Shown here piece after piece: positions 18,541 to 27,307 of a stretch of 64,000 nt of DNA. Under the pieces are notes generated by a model. The model had not been told where the DNA came from, did not search any database, and saw nothing but the letters and a program-made list of their open reading frames with translations. The translations under genes were made by a program, and so were the position numbers. Every line of letters begins with the position of its first letter. Within the stretch, counting starts at the first letter, position 1. The stretch is from Verrucomicrobia bacterium CG1_02_43_26 (GTDB lineage: Bacteria; Verrucomicrobiota; Verrucomicrobiia; Opitutales; CG1-02-43-26): assembly GCA_001872735.1 (NCBI GenBank), contig MNWT01000024.1, forward strand, positions 1,480 through 65,479, written 5' to 3'.

Positions 18541-18984
18541 ATGAATCAAGCTAAGCATCTCATTAATTCATTTTTTTATATATTATTTTTACTATTTTTT
18601 ACTATTTTAGTACAGGCATCGGTACCTAACATTAATTGTGGGGACGTAGAGGCAAACACTTCTCTCTGCGAAAAGGAGCTGGATATAGAATTTTATCGTA
18701 TAGAAAGTGAATATACTCTTATTAAATATAAAGTAATCGAAAACATTTGGGATTACAATGAATGTAAGTCGTCTATTTTTTTGGCCAATAAAAGGCTTAC
18801 TGAATTTAAAGCAATCATAAATACTGTTGATGGCCTGAATCCTGAAAAACTTAACGTTTGGAATGACACCATTGATAAGATGGGGCATAGCTTGCACGGC
18901 ATCCTCAACTTTCTCGAAACTAATGTCATTGCCTTCTTAAACGGCACGCGACATTCTGGTGCTTCTAATGAGTACATTATGTAA
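18541..18984 (+). CDS. small secreted protein, AT-rich; possibly DUF1311/LprI-like
   Basis: Signal peptide FFYILFLLFFTILVQA. The pattern C-x9-C-EKELDIEFYRIESEY resembles the C..C..E...L...Y pattern of LprI-type domains. Weak call. Confidence 0.4.
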   Translation: MNQAKHLINSFFYILFLLFFTILVQASVPNINCGDVEANTSLCEKELDIEFYRIESEYTLIKYKVIENIWDYNECKSSIFLANKRLTEFKAIINTVDGLNPEKLNVWNDTIDKMGHSLHGILNFLETNVIAFLNGTRHSGASNEYIM

Positions 18985-19618
18985 GTTGGCTATTGTAGAC
19001 TGGGGTAACACGTCTTACGCTGAGGCTTTTAATCGCCAAATTCAGCTTGTAGAGCAAAGGCTTGCAGGTGTAGTACCCGATACTCTCGTCTTCACAGAAC
19101 ACAATCCGGTCTATACGATTGGCAAACGAAAGGATGCCGCTCAGAATTTGTTATTAAATAACGAACAGCTTGCCAAACAAGGTATCGAGGTTTTCCAAAC
19201 GAATAGAGGAGGGGATATCACTTACCACGGGCCTGGGCAATGCGTGGGTTACCCGATCATAGACCTGAATAGCAAACGCGACTTGCATAGGTATCTAAGG
19301 GACTTGGAAGAAGTCATTATACGAACATTGAAACGTTTTGGATTAAACGCGACTCGCCGAGAGGGAAAGACCGGTATCTGGATAGAGGATCGCAAAATAG
19401 CGGCTATCGGCGTTGCGGTGAAACGTTGGGTAACTTATCACGGGTTTGCATTGAATGTGAATAATGATTTAACCCCTTTCTCGGGCATTATTCCCTGTGG
19501 AATTCCTATTACAGAGGGGAAAGTCACTTCTTTGAAGCAAGAGACAAGCCAAGCGCACGATATGGAAGCGGTTAAGACGCTCTTGGAAAGTGAGTTTGCT
19601 AAAACGTTTGTAGATTAA
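18968..19618 (+). CDS. lipB: octanoyltransferase LipB
   Basis: TEHNPVYTIG, RGGDITYHGPGQ, KIAAIGV and HGFALNV are LipB motifs. I chose the ATG at 18968, which overlaps the upstream ORF by 17 nt. Confidence 0.85.
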   Translation: MSTLCKLAIVDWGNTSYAEAFNRQIQLVEQRLAGVVPDTLVFTEHNPVYTIGKRKDAAQNLLLNNEQLAKQGIEVFQTNRGGDITYHGPGQCVGYPIIDLNSKRDLHRYLRDLEEVIIRTLKRFGLNATRREGKTGIWIEDRKIAAIGVAVKRWVTYHGFALNVNNDLTPFSGIIPCGIPITEGKVTSLKQETSQAHDMEAVKTLLESEFAKTFVD

Positions 19619-19682
19619 CTCCGGTAACGAGCAGGCCTGAGATTGACTTTAGTAGCGCTTTTATTGTACCTTGGAACACTCC

Positions 19683-20570
19683 ATGTTTGATAAATCTCTA
19701 ACTGTCAGTACAACCCTTATTGTCTACGCGACAATTGTTTGCCTAACCGCCTTGTTCTGCTTTTTTTATGATATCAAGAGATTATTTAGGGTAAAACCGA
19801 GACTGGCTCCTACATGGTACGGCGATTGGTATCATTTTGGGTTCTTTATATGGGGTATCATCCTTATCTTTCTCTTTGCCCAGCGGGGTACGATTGATCT
19901 TTTAATCCGGTATAATCTGGTTTCCGGCCCCTATTGGGCTCCGATTATAGCAGGTGCTGTCACACAAGTTTTAATGTTTGCTTTTATAGTATTGTGTTAT
20001 AAAAAACTGCCGGATTTATATCCCAAGAATATTAACAGCGAAGATACCTGCCACGGGAAAGCTTTTTTGCAGGGAATATTTGATTGTTTTGCGGCGCTTC
20101 CCGTTATTTGGCTTGTGGGCCTTGCTTGGGGCAGTTTTCTTACCTTTTTGAAGAAGATGGGGCTGCCGATTGAAATTAAGCCTCAATTTATCGTTGAAAT
20201 TTTTTCAAAAGCAGAGTCACCCGCATTGATCACAACGATCTTCATCATGGCTGCCTGTTTGGCTCCCATGGTTGAAGAGCTTATTTTTCGTGGGGGGATG
20301 TACCGTTTCTTAAAGTCAAAATACTCGATGCCTATGGCTTTTGGCGCGAGTGCGTTATTCTTCGCACTCCTGCATTTTAGTTTAATATCTAGCTTGCCGC
20401 TCTTTGTCATGGGCCTCTTCTTGGCAAAAGCTTACGAACGTACGGGAAACATACTCACGCCCATGGCACTTCATGCCACCTTTAATTTAAACACACTCGT
20501 GCTCTTATTAATTGAGCCGGATTTAACTCTCATGCAACAATCTGGCTTTTTGTTAAATAGTTTGTTTTAA
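19683..20570 (+). CDS. CPBP-family intramembrane glutamic endopeptidase (CAAX protease-like)
   Basis: Polytopic protein with EELIFRG, FALLH and HATFN, the three CPBP motifs. Confidence 0.75.
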   Translation: MFDKSLTVSTTLIVYATIVCLTALFCFFYDIKRLFRVKPRLAPTWYGDWYHFGFFIWGIILIFLFAQRGTIDLLIRYNLVSGPYWAPIIAGAVTQVLMFAFIVLCYKKLPDLYPKNINSEDTCHGKAFLQGIFDCFAALPVIWLVGLAWGSFLTFLKKMGLPIEIKPQFIVEIFSKAESPALITTIFIMAACLAPMVEELIFRGGMYRFLKSKYSMPMAFGASALFFALLHFSLISSLPLFVMGLFLAKAYERTGNILTPMALHATFNLNTLVLLLIEPDLTLMQQSGFLLNSLF

Positions 20571-20579
20571 TAAAAAATT

Positions 20580-21524
20580 GTGTTCACAGACGATCTTAAA
20601 CAATCCGTACAATTCTTGGGAGAAAGCGAACTTTTAGTAAAAATTCGCCAATGGATTCTTCCCGTCTCAAAACCTTTCCCAGAGGGCCCAGGGGATGATT
20701 GCGCGGTAATCGACACTTACCCTGAGAGAAAGATTTTGGTGACAACTGATGGCGTGGTTCTCAACCGTCACTTTACTGAAGCGACTGATCCAAAAGCAGT
20801 GGGGAGTAAATTGGTTAAACGCAATCTCAGTGATATTGCAGCGATGGGAGGTGTGCCAAAAAATATGGTCATGGCTACCATGCTTCCTGCGAATTTAAGC
20901 ATCTCCTGGTTTGAAGCTTTCTTAAAAGGAGCAGTTGAGGAATGCCTTAAATATAGTGTTGTGCTAAACGGCGGCGATATCACTCAGTTCCCTAATAATT
21001 ATTTTGCCGCCTATGTTACGCTTATGGGGTCAGCAGACAAAGTCATTACACGTAAAGGGGGAAAGGTAGGGGATCTTATTGTAACAACAGGTGCCTTGGG
21101 CGGAAGTATTCATGGCAAGCACTTAAGCTTTTCCCCCCGTTTACGTGAAGGACAATGGCTTGCTACGCGCAAGGAAGTCAAGGGAATGATCGATATCACT
21201 GATGGCCTCACTAAAGATTTGCCTGAACTCTTGCCCGAAAATACACAGGCTCGTATAGATCTTTCTGCTATCCCATTAAATGATACCGCAACTTCCCTGC
21301 TATCTGCTTTTAGTGATGGTGAGGATTACGAGCTTCTTTTTACCCTAGATGCTGATTGCGACTGGGACAATTTTTATTCTGATTGGAAAAAGCAATTTAC
21401 GCTTCCGTTAACCTGTATTGGTAAAATAAATACAAAAGCAGCACAACACCCATCCGCGCTCTTTATTAACGATCTAACAAACGAGCCCATTGAAGCTGCT
21501 CCAGGCTACCAACACTTACTATGA
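20580..21524 (+). CDS. thiL: thiamine-monophosphate kinase
   Basis: GDDCAVI, SDIAAMGG and GGDIT give an AIR-synthase-related fold with the ThiL pattern. GTG start. Confidence 0.85.
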   Translation: MFTDDLKQSVQFLGESELLVKIRQWILPVSKPFPEGPGDDCAVIDTYPERKILVTTDGVVLNRHFTEATDPKAVGSKLVKRNLSDIAAMGGVPKNMVMATMLPANLSISWFEAFLKGAVEECLKYSVVLNGGDITQFPNNYFAAYVTLMGSADKVITRKGGKVGDLIVTTGALGGSIHGKHLSFSPRLREGQWLATRKEVKGMIDITDGLTKDLPELLPENTQARIDLSAIPLNDTATSLLSAFSDGEDYELLFTLDADCDWDNFYSDWKKQFTLPLTCIGKINTKAAQHPSALFINDLTNEPIEAAPGYQHLL

Positions 21525-21958
21525 CCTTTTTAGAAAAATGGCAAACGGGCATCTTGAGCCACTCAGCGGAAGAAACAGAACAGCTGGCTGCCGAGCTCGC
21601 TAACGAGATTCCTGAAGATTGGGTGCTGGCGCTGCATGGCACACTAGGTGTCGGGAAAACCACTTTTGTGCGTGGGCTAGCGCGAGCTTGGGGGATTACT
21701 GGTACTATAACAAGCCCTACATACACGTTATTTAATATTTATAAAGGAAAGCGTAACCTTGTGCATCTAGACGCTTATAGAATTGAAAGCCAAGCCGAGA
21801 TGGAAAACTTGCTTCTGGAAGAATTTTTAGTCCCCCCGTTTTGCCTTGCTGTAGAATGGCCTCGCAACGAGCTTCTTGTAGACTGGAATGAAAAATGCTG
21901 GCATCTTTACCTTTCTATAAAAGGCGAGAACCAGCATTTTATACAATTAAAATTCTAA
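21521..21958 (+). CDS. tsaE: tRNA t6A37 biosynthesis ATPase TsaE
   Basis: LHGTLGVGKTTFVRGL, SPTYTL and HLDAYR. Start overlaps the thiL stop. Confidence 0.85.
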   Translation: MTFLEKWQTGILSHSAEETEQLAAELANEIPEDWVLALHGTLGVGKTTFVRGLARAWGITGTITSPTYTLFNIYKGKRNLVHLDAYRIESQAEMENLLLEEFLVPPFCLAVEWPRNELLVDWNEKCWHLYLSIKGENQHFIQLKF

Positions 21959-21962
21959 AAGC

Positions 21963-23546
21963 TTACTGTTTTTCAGAGGAATCGGCTTCACTTTCAAGTG
22001 TAGCTTCATCAGCAGGTATTACAGTTTCTTTGGCTTCAGAATCTTCTAATGCTTTTTCCAAAGGCATTTTTTCTTCGGCAACATCTTTAGCTGAAATAGG
22101 TGGCTTTGTGCCCTTTTGAACAGGGGGAGCATATAAATGACCGTCCCCGTATTCTGTCACATATCCTTCTGTTACAAGCCAACGCAGATCCAACATCAAA
22201 CGACGAACCTTTTCTTCATCCTCAGGAGACAGCTCTATCTTTTCAGAAGTAGGTTGCTCTGTACTTGCTTCCTCGCCCTCAACCGTGGCTGTAACCGGTT
22301 CCACTTGTTTAGTGGTCTCAACACCCAAGTAAGCCTTAGGGAGATCCATAGCGGTTAGATTCACATTCTTTTCAATGAAATCAATTAATTTTGCAAGATT
22401 TTCAGCAAGCACAGTATCTTCTGCTCGGAATCTCCGCTTAACCGCAGAGACATAAGAAACACCATGGCTGCCCTTCTTGTAGATAACGAAATTCATATGG
22501 CGCAATACACCACGTAGGGAGTTGGCTGTATCCAAAGGAAAACGTTTTTGATGCTCCAATGCTCCGAAAACCGCGCGTTTAATGTTACCTGAAGGAATTT
22601 CTTCAATAACCTTGCCGGGCAAGCGAATAGAATTCACTTCCTGAACGATCTGGTCTTTACAATTTTTTATGAAGTAATTACGTACCGCTTCGATAGAATT
22701 CAAAGTGAGTGGCTCTTGGCCTTCCTTGATATTCTTTAGGTTGTAGCTGTGTTGTTTGGACATTTTTTCCAACCAAGTCTTTACCTGCTCTTCATCCCGA
22801 ATCGTTTCTATCTTGGAGATAAACTTTTCATACGGAAGATGAGAGAAATGCGAAATATAATGCTCTTTGAGAAGATCCGGGTAACGGTGATAATTTGGTG
22901 GCCCAAGCAGCTCCCCTGTAATGCCACATTTATTGATAACTTGGAAATTCCCTTTCGGTGCTTCAACAGTGACTTCTTCAACATCAAAGAACTTATCCAA
23001 ATGGTTCTTCAAAACATGGCCGATGGCATCAGCTTCACTTTCGAAAGGCATGCCGTCTGGCACAGAAATATACAGCTTTTTTTCTTCGAGTACTTTACCT
23101 TCTTTGTCCTTTTTAGGAAGCGGTTTTATTGAAACCACAAAACGTTCCGGTTTTTGCAAAATGAGCTGGGAAATTTCAAACAGTTCATAGGTGCGGCAAG
23201 AACTACGAATAACCTTTCCTAATGACTGAAAGGGCGCTTCTTCCGGATAAAATTTTACATCTACCGTGGGGATGAAGATTGGCCGAGTACTCCCTCTCTG
23301 CTGGCGAACGGGATCAGTAAAAGCACTGTGTCTCGGCTTGTTGCTGCGGGGGAAATCTTTTTGTTCTCTTTCTCGTTTACGATGGGGTGGCTTTGATCGC
23401 TTCTGCCTATCTGAGTGATCCTGTTTTCTGGGCGGTGAAGCATGCCACTTTGGTTGCAGGCAAATATCTTTCAATTCGCTTAAATCAATACTATCTCTAT
23501 TTTGATCAAAATTCTTTTCGTTTGGATCGTTCGGTATCGTAGACAT
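21963..23546 (-). CDS. hypothetical protein (527 aa) with a basic disordered N-terminus and an acidic C-terminus
   Basis: Long clean ORF. N-terminus is PPRKQDHSDRQKRSKPPHRKREREQK, with a structured middle region. C-terminus is EASTEQPTSE...EADSSEKQ. No family recognised. Confidence 0.6.
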   Translation of the reverse strand: MSTIPNDPNEKNFDQNRDSIDLSELKDICLQPKWHASPPRKQDHSDRQKRSKPPHRKREREQKDFPRSNKPRHSAFTDPVRQQRGSTRPIFIPTVDVKFYPEEAPFQSLGKVIRSSCRTYELFEISQLILQKPERFVVSIKPLPKKDKEGKVLEEKKLYISVPDGMPFESEADAIGHVLKNHLDKFFDVEEVTVEAPKGNFQVINKCGITGELLGPPNYHRYPDLLKEHYISHFSHLPYEKFISKIETIRDEEQVKTWLEKMSKQHSYNLKNIKEGQEPLTLNSIEAVRNYFIKNCKDQIVQEVNSIRLPGKVIEEIPSGNIKRAVFGALEHQKRFPLDTANSLRGVLRHMNFVIYKKGSHGVSYVSAVKRRFRAEDTVLAENLAKLIDFIEKNVNLTAMDLPKAYLGVETTKQVEPVTATVEGEEASTEQPTSEKIELSPEDEEKVRRLMLDLRWLVTEGYVTEYGDGHLYAPPVQKGTKPPISAKDVAEEKMPLEKALEDSEAKETVIPADEATLESEADSSEKQ

Positions 23547-23687
23547 CTATTTCTTATAAGTTATGTTGTTTTAGTAAAAAACCTATTTTAGGACATATTT
23601 TCAGAGAAAGCCAATGAAAATCTCAAGCAGAATACACGTTTCTGGGCGTTTTTTAGCAAAATAACTGCTTTATAAAGGGGTTATTTG

Positions 23688-24239
23688 TTATTTTTGCTCA
23701 CCGCATCCGATTAATGACGCCCTTTCAATAGCCATAATGTGACACGTTGTAACGCCATCAAACGCTTCCCTAACGAATTTAAAACCCGCTTTTTCATAAC
23801 ACCGAATAGCTCGCTTGTTTGTTTTTGCAGGATCAATCAATAGGGTTTTTGCATTAAAATGCTCGAAAATATGGATTAGAAAGGTCTTAACCATTTGTGT
23901 TCCATACCCTTTATCTAAGAAGTTTTCCTCTCCTATAAACAAATCCATACAAAACGTTCCCGGTTCTTCATGGGTAAACAATCCTTTTGGTTCAGGGCAA
24001 AGCGTGCGGTAGGCATACAAATCACAGCACTGGATATAACCTATAGGCTTATTGTCTAAAAAGGTCATATAAGGGAAATCATACCCATTACCTTTGATTT
24101 TTTCATAAATATAATCGGCAGTCTCATACCCATCCATGAACCAAAGCGCCTTAATATAAGGTTTGGCAATCCAAGTCTGCCAAACGGGAACATCAGCGTC
24201 CTGCATGGGCTTAAAGATTATTTTATGGAGCGTTTGCAT
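23688..24239 (-). CDS. GNAT N-acetyltransferase of the AAC(6')-Ib-like (Acetyltransf_8) type
   Basis: PYMTFLDNKPIGYIQ, DKGYGTQMVKTFL and IDPAKTNKRAIRCYEKAGF parallel AAC(6')-Ib (PYIAMLNGEPIGYAQ, GKGLGTKLVRAL, TDPSPSNLRAIRCYEKAGF), recalled from memory. I used the ATG at 24239. Confidence 0.75.
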   Translation of the reverse strand: MQTLHKIIFKPMQDADVPVWQTWIAKPYIKALWFMDGYETADYIYEKIKGNGYDFPYMTFLDNKPIGYIQCCDLYAYRTLCPEPKGLFTHEEPGTFCMDLFIGEENFLDKGYGTQMVKTFLIHIFEHFNAKTLLIDPAKTNKRAIRCYEKAGFKFVREAFDGVTTCHIMAIERASLIGCGEQK

Positions 24240-24250
24240 GCTTACCAAAA

Positions 24251-24343
24251 TGGCGGAGAGAGAGGGATTTGAACCCTCGAGACCCGTTTTATAGGTCTAC
24301 CTTCTTAGCAGGAAGGCGCTTTCGGCCACTCAGCCATCTCTCC
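24251..24343 (-). tRNA. tRNA-Ser (anticodon GCT), long variable arm, CCA encoded
   Basis: The reverse complement GGAGAGATGGCTGAGTGG...CCTTC-CTGCTAA-GAAGG...GGGTTCAAATCCCTCTCTCTCCGCCA folds as a class II tRNA. Confidence 0.9.
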
Positions 24344-24466
24344 AATTAAAAAATCGATGTCTAAAATCATCACAAATCCCATACAAGGTCAAGCTTCTAC
24401 TTTAATTAAATTGTAACCTGCAGCACAAAACTGGGTTAGCGCAAGATCTTTTGCGTTTTGCTTCAC

Positions 24467-25267
24467 TTATTCGACTTCAAACTCAAGCAATACCGGCAAA
24501 TGGTCCGATAGATAGGTCTTTATTACCCGGCAATCAATTAATTTATAGCACTTGGGTAGGAATACAAAGTCTAGGCCTTTGTAAGGCAAAAAAGCGGGGT
24601 AGGTGTACTTCTTTACAGGAAAGAGATTATAATCCGCGTGGTTTTTCTGCATGTGATCAAACAGATGGTTAACGGCATCATTTGTCTTTTTAGATTTGCT
24701 GTTAAAGTCCCCGCAAATAATAGGGGCAATGGGCTCATTTAGGCTTTCTGGGTGCTTTTGCTGGCAAATAAAGTCTATAAAATGTTCTATCTGTGTGATG
24801 CGCTTGCGTCTTGAGCGAAAATCCAGGTGCATGTTGACAATCGGTATAATACGTTTTCCAATTGCGAGTTCTACATACATAAATCCCTTTTCCCCAAGCG
24901 TTGCTTCGCCAAAGGGATTGGATTCCCAATACTGAATTGGGTAATGAGAAAGAAGCGCATTCCCGTAAACAAGGCGCTTGGGAGCTTCTCGCACATTAGT
25001 GATGCCATGCGCGGCGTAAGGGTAATCCGCCCCTTTTTGCAGTATTTCCAGTAGATCTAAATATTTGTTCCAATGCGAGTCTTGGTCTACTTCTTGCATC
25101 GTCACAATGTTTGCGCCGGTACTTTTTAATAAGTCGCTAATTTTGTACAGCACCTTGCGTAGCCTTTTTTCCGAGCTGAATCCCTGGTATAGAGAGAGCC
25201 CTCGACCGTGCGCAATGTTGAAATTAAGTAATTTAAGCTTCAAAACCTTCTCGCTTTCACTTCCCAT
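24467..25267 (-). CDS. endonuclease/exonuclease/phosphatase (EEP) family protein
   Basis: FNIAHGRG, VTMQEV, GDFN and the C-terminal LSDHLPV are the EEP motifs. Confidence 0.7.
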   Translation of the reverse strand: MGSESEKVLKLKLLNFNIAHGRGLSLYQGFSSEKRLRKVLYKISDLLKSTGANIVTMQEVDQDSHWNKYLDLLEILQKGADYPYAAHGITNVREAPKRLVYGNALLSHYPIQYWESNPFGEATLGEKGFMYVELAIGKRIIPIVNMHLDFRSRRKRITQIEHFIDFICQQKHPESLNEPIAPIICGDFNSKSKKTNDAVNHLFDHMQKNHADYNLFPVKKYTYPAFLPYKGLDFVFLPKCYKLIDCRVIKTYLSDHLPVLLEFEVE

Positions 25268-25317
25268 ATATAATAAAATTACCTTATTCTGAAAAGCTTT
25301 TAGATACTATCTCCTAA

Positions 25318-26754
25318 ATGGAAACAAATCCTCTATATCTCTGGGCTCACGAGCACGATTCTGTTTGGAACTTTTTGAGCACGGTCGTAGTGGCTCATTT
25401 GATCACCTTGGTTGGTTTTCTTTTTGCGTTGCTCATCGTAGGGCGCATGTTCAATGAGAAACGTAACCCAAGCAATATATTCGCTTGGACGCTTGCTATC
25501 TTCTTTGTTCCCTATGTCAGTGTTCCGCTCTATTTTCTGTTCGGCGGGTTCAAAAGCCAGCGATTAGTGAAAAATAAAAAGCATGTTATCGGTTTAGCTG
25601 CCGAGGTTGCAGGTGTCACTAATATTAGTGAGTGGATGGATCGCCAATGGTCCGGTAATTCTTTCGAGCTCTTGGGGGATGGTGAAGTTGCCTACGATGC
25701 GTTTTGCCGCGAAATAAAAAATGCTACTAAGAATATCGCGATCATGACCTACATCATTACAAATGATCCCATTGGCCAAAAGATTCTCGAGCTACTTATT
25801 CAAAAAACAAAGGAGGGTGTTGATGTTAAACTTTTAGTAGATGCTTTTGGTTCTCTGGGAAGCGCGGGTAAGTTCTTGCAGCCATTGAGGGATGCCGGTG
25901 GCCAGGCGGTTCGTTTCATGCCGATGATTCCTGTACACACAAAAACATCAGCAAACCTGCGTAACCACCGCAAAATGGCCATCTTCGATGAAAAGCGCGT
26001 TATCATTGGTGGACAAAACATTGATGAGCGTTTTCTGGGTAAGCTGGGTAACCCAAAGTTGTTTCATGATTTTAGTGTACTTATCGAAGGGCCGGCTGTT
26101 GATGCCATGCAGCGTATTTTTATTAGCGATTGGTGCTTCACAACGGGCGAAAATCCGGAAAAATTTAGAGACCTTATGGCTTGTACGGCTCAGCCTGCCG
26201 GCGATGTCCCTATAGGTGTCGTTGCAAGCGGTCCGGATAGCGATAATGGCGATACGCTTTGGGAGAAATTGATTAAACTTATTCAGGATTCTAAAGAGCA
26301 TATTGACATAGTGACACCTTACTTTGCACCGGATGAGGTTCTGTTCCAGTCCTTACTCGTCAAGGCAAAGGCGGGGCACAGCATCCGCCTCATTATTCCG
26401 GAAAAGTCTAACCAGACGCTTGTAGATTTCGCCCGTCACTACTATTTACGCAAACTCTACAAAGCGGGTGTCAATATCTTGCTTTATAAACCGGGTATGC
26501 TCCACGCAAAGCTTTTTATTGTGGATAAAAAGGTGGGGATGCTTGGTTCTGCCAATATGGATATACGCAGTATGTTCGTGAACTTTGAGATCAGTATTTT
26601 TGTAAGTACCAAGGAACCGATCGACATTCTGCAGGCTTGGTTAGATAAGTTACTTCCGCTGTGTACCCCTTATGGAGAGTCTAAGCAGGCTTCCGCAGGC
26701 GAGAACCGCCGCATTATGGAGGATTTTGCTCACTTGCTCGTTCCGCTTCTCTAA
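25318..26754 (+). CDS. cls: cardiolipin synthase (two PLD/HKD domains)
   Basis: Two N-terminal TM helices and two HKD motifs (NHRKMAIFDE; LHAKLFIVDKKVGMLGSANMD). Confidence 0.85.
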   Translation: METNPLYLWAHEHDSVWNFLSTVVVAHLITLVGFLFALLIVGRMFNEKRNPSNIFAWTLAIFFVPYVSVPLYFLFGGFKSQRLVKNKKHVIGLAAEVAGVTNISEWMDRQWSGNSFELLGDGEVAYDAFCREIKNATKNIAIMTYIITNDPIGQKILELLIQKTKEGVDVKLLVDAFGSLGSAGKFLQPLRDAGGQAVRFMPMIPVHTKTSANLRNHRKMAIFDEKRVIIGGQNIDERFLGKLGNPKLFHDFSVLIEGPAVDAMQRIFISDWCFTTGENPEKFRDLMACTAQPAGDVPIGVVASGPDSDNGDTLWEKLIKLIQDSKEHIDIVTPYFAPDEVLFQSLLVKAKAGHSIRLIIPEKSNQTLVDFARHYYLRKLYKAGVNILLYKPGMLHAKLFIVDKKVGMLGSANMDIRSMFVNFEISIFVSTKEPIDILQAWLDKLLPLCTPYGESKQASAGENRRIMEDFAHLLVPLL

Positions 26755-26825
26755 TAGTAAGTATACTAAATTCTGTCTTCTTTTTTGTTTCCCTTTATTA
26801 AAAAACCTTATTAAATTATTCTTAT

Positions 26826-27284
26826 ATGAACTATGAGACAAAAAGACGCCCAAGACATACCCCAATAATGCAATTATCTGTTTTCTCAGAAAACAAGGTC
26901 GGTCGTTTAAATGAGCTAATAGGTGTCTTAGCTTCCAATAACATCCACATCATGGGTGTCTGCAGTGTTGATACAACAGATAGTTCTGTTATCAGAATCC
27001 TTGTAGACTATATCGAACAAGCCCGCGCACTCCTCGAGGAAAACAATTTTACCTATGCGGAAAACGAAGTCATTGTTGTCGAAATTAATGATGAATCTAG
27101 TATCAAAAAAGTGACTTGTTCCCTCGTGGAAGCAGAGATCAATATTCACTATATCTACTCCTTGTTAATGCGCCCACATGGTCGCACTGGCTTAGTGATT
27201 CGTTTGGAGGATAACGAGCTCGCCAAAGATGTTCTGAATAGGCATAACGTCTACGTGTTATCCCAAGAGGATATCGCTCGGTAG
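26826..27284 (+). CDS. ACT domain-containing protein
   Basis: LSVFSENKVGRLNELIGVLASNNIHI is a typical ACT beta-alpha start. There is a second ACT-like half. Confidence 0.6.
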   Translation: MNYETKRRPRHTPIMQLSVFSENKVGRLNELIGVLASNNIHIMGVCSVDTTDSSVIRILVDYIEQARALLEENNFTYAENEVIVVEINDESSIKKVTCSLVEAEINIHYIYSLLMRPHGRTGLVIRLEDNELAKDVLNRHNVYVLSQEDIAR

Positions 27285-27307
27285 AATAGAGACGGGGTGA
27301 TTTCGGT

